Shown: positions 45,513 to 53,219 of the stretch, one piece after another | Position numbering within the stretch: position 1 is the stretch's first letter | Layout: each line of letters starts with the position of its first letter | IMG/VR virus record: IMGVR_UViG_3300021591_000002 | Coordinates: 1-53,219 of that record | Direction: 5' to 3' (one strand) | Source of the DNA: a virus | Lineage: Duplodnaviria > Caudoviricetes | Length of the DNA: 53,219 bases | Position numbers and translations under genes: made by a program | Notes under the pieces: generated by a model | The model's input: the letters and a program-made list of their open reading frames with translations, nothing else | The model's database searches: none | Told to the model about the DNA's origin: nothing

Positions 45513-45878
45513 ATGCCGTTCAAAAGTAAGGCACAGCTACGCAAGTTCGCCGCGATGGAGCGGCGCGGAGAAATACCCAAGGGCACGTTCAAGCGGTGGC
45601 TTGAGGAGACGCCAAACGTCAAGAAATTGCCAGAGAGGGCGAACAAAATGGCCAAGAAGAAAAGCGATAACAAGTTCCTGGCGGGCGCCATCAAGCGGCA
45701 CGGGTGGCTTCGACGCACGGCGAAACGGCTTGGCATGACCGTCTTGCAGGCTGCCAAGCATATCGTTGCGTCGTATCGCCAGCGCAAGGGCAAATGGACG
45801 CTTGATGATTTCAAGGCGGCCAACCTTTACCTCAAGGTGCTGCGCAAGGTTCACCAAAAGAAAAAGGCCGGCAAATGA
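45513..45878 (+). CDS. small basic phage protein (MPFKSKAQ family)
   Basis: MPFKSKAQ.R...W..ETP..KKLPE motif; very Lys/Arg-rich. Confidence 0.75.
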   Translation: MPFKSKAQLRKFAAMERRGEIPKGTFKRWLEETPNVKKLPERANKMAKKKSDNKFLAGAIKRHGWLRRTAKRLGMTVLQAAKHIVASYRQRKGKWTLDDFKAANLYLKVLRKVHQKKKAGK

Positions 45879-47506
45879 GCTTCGACTGGAAATCGCGGCT
45901 TGAGGCAGTAATCTCGGAAGACCCTGAATTCGCGCAAAGCCCGTTCGGCGCGCAGACCCTCTCGCGTCTGAACCTGTACCAAAAGTACGGCGGGTCGCTA
46001 TCACCGGAGCAAGTAAGTTACTTGGAGCAACTCATTCGCGGAATACGCCAGCAGGGTAAGTGGCGCGAGTGGAGGCCGGACATACAGGGCGAAGGCGGAA
46101 CATACATCACATCCGCCGACGTTGCATGGGCCAATATCAGAAACCCCAATGCGCCTGTTTCTGGCCTTGTGCCAATGGCGTCGGGCGGTTTTATTACGGC
46201 TTCCAGGCCCGAACCGCGTTCGCCGGAGCCCGTGCCGGCGCCCGAAACATTGGGGCAATTCGAGGGACTTCCCGAAGCTACGCCCGTGACTGCCGTGCAG
46301 CCGCCGCAACCGCAACCGCAAGCGCCTGCACCGCCCGCTCCGCCACAACAGCCGATGCCCGCGGCTATAGCATCCGAACAGAAACCGCTGACCGAGCGCG
46401 AGAAGATTCTGCGACGCGTTATGGACTACGCTAACGACTTGGTAGAGCGTGCCAGGGAGTACGAAACATTCGCGGAGCAGGCGCGCAATAACCCCTACGC
46501 CCACTCGCTGACAAATCGCGCCGCATACGCCTATTGGATGACGCGCGCGCAGAACCTTGAGAGAGAGGCTGTGGGCAGAATGCTTGATGTGTACCGGCAC
46601 ATGTCAGACGAGGAGAAAGCCAACTTGCGGCGCCAAGAACTGGGTGCCGATATGGAGGTGGCTCACGGGCTTATGGGGCGCATATATAGCATGGGGGATG
46701 ACGAGCTGGCGCGGGCAGAACAGGAGGCCATGAAGATACGAGATTATGCGCTTCGCGCGCACGTGCTTAGCGCTATTGGCAACAGGCGGACGTTGCTTCG
46801 GAAGGAAGGTGAACTCAAGGAAATCGCAAAAGCCACCAGGGGCGCGAACAATAAGATAAAGGCGGCAGTGTCGAAGACTATCGCCGAAATACGCGGGATA
46901 GTTGATGCGCTCAACCTAGAGGGCACCAAGGACCCGCGGGTGATAGCGGAGCGTCTTCGCAAGGCTGCTGATGAGATAAACCTTCGTCAAGCGGCCTTTG
47001 TCGGCGCAATGATGGACTTGATTGCAACGCTGCCGCCAAAGGCTCGCCCCGATGCCAGGGCGCTCCTCAACCTTGGCCTTGAACAAATACGACAATCGGT
47101 GGCGCCAATTTATCGGCGGCTCGACGTGATACAGAAGCAATACCTTGGGCGCGAGGCACCCACGTTAGCCATATCGCCTGATTCGCAGCGCAAGATTATC
47201 GAGACGGCTAAGCGCGTATTCGCCGCTTATGGCTTCAAGGAGTTCCCTGGCTATGAGCAAATGTTCGCGAAACTAACGCCGGCTATGGCGAGGGCGCTTG
47301 CGGCGCTTCTGGCGCCACAGATACCAGAGTCCGAGTTCAAGACTTTTGTGCGCTTGCTTGGCATGCGCGTCGGGGCATCGCTCATGGACATGATGGGCGG
47401 CGAGCCACCGAAGGGTGGCGAGAAAGCGGGCGTCTCGGAAGCGGCGCAACAGGGTCTTGCCGATGCATCCTATGGGCCAGCAATTGGGCTGAACGTGGGG
47501 GAGTGA
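45875..47506 (+). CDS. putative internal virion (ejection) protein
   Basis: 543 aa; Pro/Gln linker plus long helical region. Confidence 0.6.
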   Translation: MSFDWKSRLEAVISEDPEFAQSPFGAQTLSRLNLYQKYGGSLSPEQVSYLEQLIRGIRQQGKWREWRPDIQGEGGTYITSADVAWANIRNPNAPVSGLVPMASGGFITASRPEPRSPEPVPAPETLGQFEGLPEATPVTAVQPPQPQPQAPAPPAPPQQPMPAAIASEQKPLTEREKILRRVMDYANDLVERAREYETFAEQARNNPYAHSLTNRAAYAYWMTRAQNLEREAVGRMLDVYRHMSDEEKANLRRQELGADMEVAHGLMGRIYSMGDDELARAEQEAMKIRDYALRAHVLSAIGNRRTLLRKEGELKEIAKATRGANNKIKAAVSKTIAEIRGIVDALNLEGTKDPRVIAERLRKAADEINLRQAAFVGAMMDLIATLPPKARPDARALLNLGLEQIRQSVAPIYRRLDVIQKQYLGREAPTLAISPDSQRKIIETAKRVFAAYGFKEFPGYEQMFAKLTPAMARALAALLAPQIPESEFKTFVRLLGMRVGASLMDMMGGEPPKGGEKAGVSEAAQQGLADASYGPAIGLNVGE

Positions 47507-47507
47507 T

Positions 47508-50500
47508 ATGCCGAACCTCCTCGATCTCTCTCGCTACTTCAAGCGGAAGCAAGAGGCCGCGCCAATGACGGGCGAGGGGCTTCTGCCCATGCCGCCCCCC
47601 GTGCGTATTCCCACGCCCTCGACAACTTCTCCGGAGCCTGCTCCACCCCCGCAGCAAGCGACGCCCGCGCCGCCGCCACAGCCGTCCCCAGAACCATATC
47701 CGTGGACTGCAGCATACAATCCTGCGGCATTCGGCGGCTGGGGTTACGCCCCGCAAGGTACGGGGATGGAAGAAGAGTACGTGCCGCCGACAGGCCTTTC
47801 GCGCGATAAGTACGTCGGATCGAAGTTCCTCGAGGAAGAAAGGGACGCCATTGAAAAGCTTGGCGGCAAGTTCACGGGGTGGAAGAAGCTTACTGTCGGC
47901 TATCCGAACGGGCGGTGGGGCTATGTATATGTGCCGGAGTTTGACCCCGATTCGCTAAAGGCTATCGCGGGCACCGCGCTTGGTGCCCTGCCGTTGGCGG
48001 GCGGCGCCCTCACGGAAACGATGCGAGAGGCGTACGAGCGCGAAATGAAGGGGCTTCCGCCGAGGGTCCCCGTCCATACAGGCCTACCGCCATCTGCGGA
48101 AAGATATCCCTACGCAGGATGGACAAGCCTGCCGTCCGAGGTTTCGCCCGAACTTGCAGCCAAGCGGCAGAAGCTTTTGGCACAGCTGTATCTTCACGCC
48201 AAGAAGTTGCCCGGTGGCGTTCCCCTTGAGGTTGCTAAGGGCCTGATAAAATCCCTCGGCTTTGCCACCGAGCTTGGTCTATCCGAGGCGGTGGTGGCGG
48301 GTCTGTTCGCCAAGCTGGCGAAACATGGCCCGCGGCTTGCGAAGGCCGCCAAGCTGTTTTCCACGCCCGTGAAAAAGCTTAGTACACTTGCGCGCGTAAA
48401 GCGGGCGCTCGCCGTTACCGCCTTGGGCTCACCTGTGCGTGCTGGCAGGATTCTTGAGACATATTCCGACTTGGTGGAATCTGGGGAAAAGCCTGGCCTT
48501 GGCACAGTGGGTAAGGCGTTTCTTACCGACTGGATTAGCGCGTTGGCAGAGATGGGTAGCGGCGAGCTGGTGATCGGCGCGGCTAAGCGGATCGCACGCC
48601 CGATAGCCAGACTTGCGCCAGCCAAGCTTCTGTCCACCAAGATTGGGCAGCTTGGGAAATATCTTGGCAAGACGCGCGCCGCCAAGCTCATCGCGCGGAT
48701 GAAAGAGTTTGCCCGCCTGAAGGGGCGCTTCGATATAGCCGATAAGCTTGAGAAGCTGAACATTGGCAGCTTCGCTGAGGAAGTCCTTGAAGAGCGCGTC
48801 GAGGACATCCTGCGCTTCGTTGCAGGCCTGGACAAGACGCTTCAGCTGCCGCAAGGCAAGCAGGCGGCCATTGAGCTGCTTACCATTGGCCTTATGACGC
48901 ATGGCCCGCGAGTGGCGCTACATACGGTGGAGGGGGCGAACAAGCTCTATCAGCACTACAAAAAGATAGCGACTAAGGAACTAGAGGATATTCTTGAATC
49001 GTATGGTGCTGGCCTTCGTGGCGAGCCCGCGCCCGCCGTGGCTGGAGCGCGATATGCAGGCCTACACCCTAACGCCATTGCACAATCGCTTGGGGCCATC
49101 GTGCGCGTAGTGCGTGATGTATTTAAGAAGCGCGGCTTGAATGATTTTGTGGCAAAGCAAGTGGCGATTGGCGGGGGATTCGAGACATTCGCCCGCAAGA
49201 AAAAGGACGACATCAATGAAGCGCTGAAGGATACTATTATTGGTGATGTAGCCCAACAACTTAGTATAGATAACGCCGCCGATCTTTATGACTACATCTT
49301 AAAGGGCGCCATGAAAGACAAGACGCCCGACATTAAGCAAATCAAGCGCGATCTTGGCGAGATGACGGGGCTTGAGGTTGGCGAGGCGTTTATTCCCGAC
49401 GACGCGGCGCGCGCCGTGCGTGCGGCGATAGGCGAAATGCGCGCCATACGTGAACACAACGAGCGCGCCCTTAAAGAGGAGGAACCCACGCGCGCGAAGG
49501 CGGAGGTGCGCGGCGCAAAGACGTACGAAGACGCGCTTGAATTCGCAAAGGCGTTGGATAAGGCCGTGCAAGAAGCGTACGGGGTAGAGCTTAAGGGGCA
49601 TCTTGGGGATTATGGTCTCCGGATAGGGCCATTTACCGTATATGCGCGCCAAGGTAGTCCCAAGGCCGACGTTTATCTCGGGCTCGGGCACTACAAGATT
49701 GGTAGCGTGGAACTTAATCCGGCCAAGGTGATCAACCTTATCGAAAACTACGATAAGAAGCTCGGCATGCGTAAGTCTCCGGAAGAAACGGCGGAGACAA
49801 TCATCGCTGCTATACAGCGTGCGCCACGCAGTGCGGTGTTGCCCGGTACCGATTGGGTAGAGGTTTCTGATGTTGTTAGCGCAATACGCGAGATTACCGG
49901 GAGGAAAAGGTATGGCACGAAGGACCTTGCTGCTGATTTATACAAAGCCGATGATGCTCTTGCCGGAAGGGTAGGTACGCGCACGGCAACGCGAAGGCAG
50001 ACGGCTAAACCCCAAACATTCGTTTTGGTGTTTGGAAAAGGCCCAGGCGGCATGAGCGCTATTGGTAATCTGTGCCTAATTGAGCCGTCAAAACGCGCTA
50101 CGGCCAGAGAAGCCCCACGCACAGCACGGGCTCCTAAGCCTACGCGCGCCGAAGACAAGCTCACGCGCGAGCAGGTTGCTGAGGCGCTCAAAGAAACCGA
50201 GCGCAAGGCACCACAAGAAACGCCGCCTGCCGAGATGCCGACAGAGCCCGCCCCCGAGGGCACAGTGGTACGCCATGAGGGCAACGAGTATATCAAGGTT
50301 GGCGATGAGTGGCACATCGTGCGGGGCTACGAGCCTCTCGAAGGTGGTCGCGTACGTCGCCAGTGGGCAAAGCGAGCGGTACCCGACGACCTAGCGCAGA
50401 CGCTAGAGCAGAAATGGGCGGAGAAGCAAGGTGCGCGGAAGAAGGAGGGCGCGGAACTTATAACACCTGCCGATGTTGCCGCCGCAATGGGTGAGGGTGT

Positions 50501-53219
50501 GGCGCAAGCGCAAGCGCCACTACAGCCCCCCGCTGCACAGCCAACACGACGGCGCGCAGCGCAGAAAAAAGAGGTGGGCAAGCCGGTAGAACTCCCTGCC
50601 CCGGAAACCCGCCGACAGCGTACGATTTATGCCAAGCCACTCAAAGTGCGCGAGCTTGAAACTGCCGCGGGCGAGATCGCCGATGCGCTTGGCATGAAGA
50701 AGAGCCGTGCACGCGAATTAGTGGAGCGCCACCACCGTGAGGCGTTGAGCGATACGCAACTGAAGGGCGCAATCGCTGGCGCCTTAGGTCAGCCGGTGGA
50801 GCAAGTACCCGATTCCGCCGTCGCTACTGTGCGCAGCGCCGTGACTAAAGCCGAAGAGGCGCTACGTGCAGTGGCAAAGCCGACCGAAGAAAAAGCACCA
50901 CGCGGCAAGCGCATAACAAATGCGCAAGCCAAGCGCTTGTCCGAGATGGGCTACTCGGTAAAGCAGATTGGCCATCTGCGCCCATATCCTGATGTCGCCC
51001 AGTGGCTTATAGACAATGATATCCGTGGGGCATATACATCGGTAACGCCGCGCGGCAGCGTCTTCATTACAGAAAAGGGCAAGCGCACCCAGATCGCCAA
51101 GTCTGGCAAGATCGTTGCTGGCGAGACCCCTCCGCCCAGGGCGGAAAAAGCTAGAAAGCCAAAGCCCACGTCCAGACAAGCGCGCGACATTGCGTATGGT
51201 GTGGCTACCGATCTTGCAAGCGTGCATCGTATTGACGAGGAGGCTGCGAGCAGGCTTGGCGCCGGTCTTGCCGCGATAATCAATGAAGGCAAGGAGCCAA
51301 CGGCTGAGGAAGTTGTGCAGCGTTCGGGCATAACAAGCCGTGAAGCAGCGCAGGCAGTCGTTGACACATACAAGAGCTTGCACGATAGCGTATCAAAGCT
51401 TGTGCGTCGCAGGCTAAAGAAGCTTGGCGCCGAAGCCGCGCCCAGTGAGGCGATTGAAGATGCAGTGCGGCGTATTTTGGCGGCACGCGGTAAAAAACTC
51501 ACAGCTAAATCAAGGCAGGCAATCGCTGATAAGCTTGGCCTGCAACCGCGTCAGGTAGAAAGCCTTATAAAAGACGCCCAAAAGGCAGAGGAAGCCGCGC
51601 GCAAGGCGATTGTGGCTGACGTGGCCAGAACCGCCGAAGAGGGGTCGCCTGGGCGTGCTGAAGCGTTGTTGCAGACGCAGCCCAAGGACTACACGGATGC
51701 GCTAAAGAGCGTTGAACCGCCCGCATCGCTAATGGCGTGGCTTCGCAGGAAGACCGGGGCCGCGCGTGAGGAAATAGAACGCTATGTGCGCGCCCTCATG
51801 TCAACGCCGCCCGGGAAAGATACAACGCCGGATAAAGCGCACAGAGAACTACTTGAAGCCCTTGGGGGCAAGGAAGGGTTGCCGGATTGGGTATCCGGCG
51901 ACACATTCCTTGATTTCGTTGGCCGCGTGCGTGCATGGATTGCCGAAGTCGGTGAAGCGGCATGGAATGCCGTCGCTCAGCGGGCGGGCGAAATCCGCGA
52001 TGCGCTCGGCCTTGAAATAGACCTTACGCGTCATCAACTCGAAGCCATTACGTCTGCGCTACTTGCTGGTAAGTATAATGAACGCGCGCTTGATACCGTG
52101 CTTCGCCAGGCGGGAATACCCGTCAAGAAACTCACCGGGGCGGCGCGCGATAAGGTGGAGAGCATACTCACGGCGGCGCGCAGTGAACTTAATATCGAGA
52201 TGGAGCGCCTTGGCGAGGTCATCGCCCAACGTGAAGAGCAATATGCTCGACCGAAACGAGCAGAGGTGAAGCGTGCTGCAGCTAGGCCGACGGGCGCCGC
52301 TGAGGTACTGACACAAGAAAGGGTGACGGAGGCCTTGCGTGAAGCGGATGAGGAAAGGGGCGAGCTTACCGAGGCCGACGTAGAAAAGCTTACAGGCAAG
52401 AAAGTCGAGAAAGCGCTAGAGGGTGAGCGCAAGAAAGGCGTAAAAAAGAAGGCGCGTGCCACCGAAGATGACATCAAGGAAATGGAAGAGACGGAGCATG
52501 CGCTACCAGCAGAAGCGGAGGAGCAGCTTGAAGAGCAATCAGAAGAACCGGAAACGCTTACCGAGCAAGCCAAAGCACCCGCGCCACCGACCACGCAGCC
52601 GGAAGTGGTTGCCGAGGAGCGCCCCGCCGAACAGGAAAAGGCAGCCGAGACGCCAAAAGCGACGGTGAAGGGCTTGCTTCCACCGCCGCCTACGCAAAAG
52701 GCCCGGGGCGTCGGTAAGGGCAAGCAGCCGCCACCGCCCGGGCAAGCGAGGGGCGAAAAGCCTTCGCCGCCGCCGCGTCCCGCATATGGTAGCCGCGTGG
52801 CTAACGCAGTGAAGGCTGTATTTGGCAAACCGTTCTGGGTCGAGACAGGCGAAAAGGGACTTGCAAAAGCCGTGCGCAACCTTTTCAGCGGCATTAGTAC
52901 GGTACTTGGCAAGCTACTCGCCGGCAAGATGGATGAGAAGCAGGCGCGCACGGCATTCGATCCGAAGGCACAACCACGGCACGCCAAGGTATTGAATGCC
53001 ATACTCGATGGCGAGCCGGTGTTCATCCCAATTGATTACGTTGGCAAGACATTCTACAATTCGCAGAAACCTGTGAAGCAGCGCAATGCGCCGAAAGGAT
53101 TGCCAGCTGTGCTTGACTGGGTGGACGTGGCGCCATACTTCACCATCCGTGGCAAAAAGAATCGATATGCCAGGGTCCTGCTTTCCGGTTCTTGGTACGT
53201 AACGCATTCACACTTGCGT
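47508..53219 (+). CDS. giant putative internal virion / DNA-injection protein (>1900 aa, truncated by the window end)
   Basis: ATG 47508 after GGGGAG, MPNLLDLSRYF...; spot-checked frame open to the end (...NRYARVLLSGSWYVTHSHLR); missing from the ORF track, consistent with no stop in the window. Confidence 0.75.
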   Translation, partial: MPNLLDLSRYFKRKQEAAPMTGEGLLPMPPPVRIPTPSTTSPEPAPPPQQATPAPPPQPSPEPYPWTAAYNPAAFGGWGYAPQGTGMEEEYVPPTGLSRDKYVGSKFLEEERDAIEKLGGKFTGWKKLTVGYPNGRWGYVYVPEFDPDSLKAIAGTALGALPLAGGALTETMREAYEREMKGLPPRVPVHTGLPPSAERYPYAGWTSLPSEVSPELAAKRQKLLAQLYLHAKKLPGGVPLEVAKGLIKSLGFATELGLSEAVVAGLFAKLAKHGPRLAKAAKLFSTPVKKLSTLARVKRALAVTALGSPVRAGRILETYSDLVESGEKPGLGTVGKAFLTDWISALAEMGSGELVIGAAKRIARPIARLAPAKLLSTKIGQLGKYLGKTRAAKLIARMKEFARLKGRFDIADKLEKLNIGSFAEEVLEERVEDILRFVAGLDKTLQLPQGKQAAIELLTIGLMTHGPRVALHTVEGANKLYQHYKKIATKELEDILESYGAGLRGEPAPAVAGARYAGLHPNAIAQSLGAIVRVVRDVFKKRGLNDFVAKQVAIGGGFETFARKKKDDINEALKDTIIGDVAQQLSIDNAADLYDYILKGAMKDKTPDIKQIKRDLGEMTGLEVGEAFIPDDAARAVRAAIGEMRAIREHNERALKEEEPTRAKAEVRGAKTYEDALEFAKALDKAVQEAYGVELKGHLGDYGLRIGPFTVYARQGSPKADVYLGLGHYKIGSVELNPAKVINLIENYDKKLGMRKSPEETAETIIAAIQRAPRSAVLPGTDWVEVSDVVSAIREITGRKRYGTKDLAADLYKADDALAGRVGTRTATRRQTAKPQTFVLVFGKGPGGMSAIGNLCLIEPSKRATAREAPRTARAPKPTRAEDKLTREQVAEALKETERKAPQETPPAEMPTEPAPEGTVVRHEGNEYIKVGDEWHIVRGYEPLEGGRVRRQWAKRAVPDDLAQTLEQKWAEKQGARKKEGAELITPADVAAAMGEGVAQAQAPLQPPAAQPTRRRAAQKKEVGKPVELPAPETRRQRTIYAKPLKVRELETAAGEIADALGMKKSRARELVERHHREALSDTQLKGAIAGALGQPVEQVPDSAVATVRSAVTKAEEALRAVAKPTEEKAPRGKRITNAQAKRLSEMGYSVKQIGHLRPYPDVAQWLIDNDIRGAYTSVTPRGSVFITEKGKRTQIAKSGKIVAGETPPPRAEKARKPKPTSRQARDIAYGVATDLASVHRIDEEAASRLGAGLAAIINEGKEPTAEEVVQRSGITSREAAQAVVDTYKSLHDSVSKLVRRRLKKLGAEAAPSEAIEDAVRRILAARGKKLTAKSRQAIADKLGLQPRQVESLIKDAQKAEEAARKAIVADVARTAEEGSPGRAEALLQTQPKDYTDALKSVEPPASLMAWLRRKTGAAREEIERYVRALMSTPPGKDTTPDKAHRELLEALGGKEGLPDWVSGDTFLDFVGRVRAWIAEVGEAAWNAVAQRAGEIRDALGLEIDLTRHQLEAITSALLAGKYNERALDTVLRQAGIPVKKLTGAARDKVESILTAARSELNIEMERLGEVIAQREEQYARPKRAEVKRAAARPTGAAEVLTQERVTEALREADEERGELTEADVEKLTGKKVEKALEGERKKGVKKKARATEDDIKEMEETEHALPAEAEEQLEEQSEEPETLTEQAKAPAPPTTQPEVVAEERPAEQEKAAETPKATVKGLLPPPPTQKARGVGKGKQPPPPGQARGEKPSPPPRPAYGSRVANAVKAVFGKPFWVETGEKGLAKAVRNLFSGISTVLGKLLAGKMDEKQARTAFDPKAQPRHAKVLNAILDGEPVFIPIDYVGKTFYNSQKPVKQRNAPKGLPAVLDWVDVAPYFTIRGKKNRYARVLLSGSWYVTHSHLR

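Noticed and set aside
1-53219. tRNA, rRNA, integrase or att site
   Set aside because: None recognised by eye; tRNAscan and Infernal were not run, so small ncRNAs cannot be excluded.

Overview
The whole window is a GC-rich tailed-phage (or prophage) genome segment with two divergent arms. The left arm (1-~21.9 kb, minus strand) holds a recombination/replication module (GT9-like glycosyltransferase, SSB, ERF annealing protein, RuvC-like resolvase, PD-(D/E)XK Cas4-like nuclease, two tandem D12-class adenine methyltransferases, DnaB-like helicase), a DUF5131 gene and about 40 small early-type genes. The right arm (22.8 kb-end, plus strand) is a podovirus-like morphogenesis module: terminase, portal, scaffold, major capsid protein, adaptor, nozzle, a methyltransferase plus three glycosyltransferases, a putative lysis block, tail spike/fibre genes, internal virion proteins and a >1900-codon ORF running off the end. 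Near-consensus sigma70 promoters point outward from the ~22 kb switch region. I saw no integrase, tRNA, CRISPR array or reverse transcriptase. Most notable observations: (1) three dense GTAC islands (24 sites in ~305 bp before the terminase, 12 in ~245 bp at 20.7-21.0 kb, 17 in ~400 bp inside the nuclease gene near the two MTases), suggesting a methylation-read pac/ori signal; (2) a tail-nozzle gene that looks split, with its C-terminal ~85 aa fused to another gene 9.4 kb downstream; (3) a four-GT/two-MTase-fold glycosylation toolkit; (4) an expanded family of small WxW...G.A.T.E.A modules among the early genes. All protein calls come from motif recognition by eye and all counts are by hand; no database searches were run.
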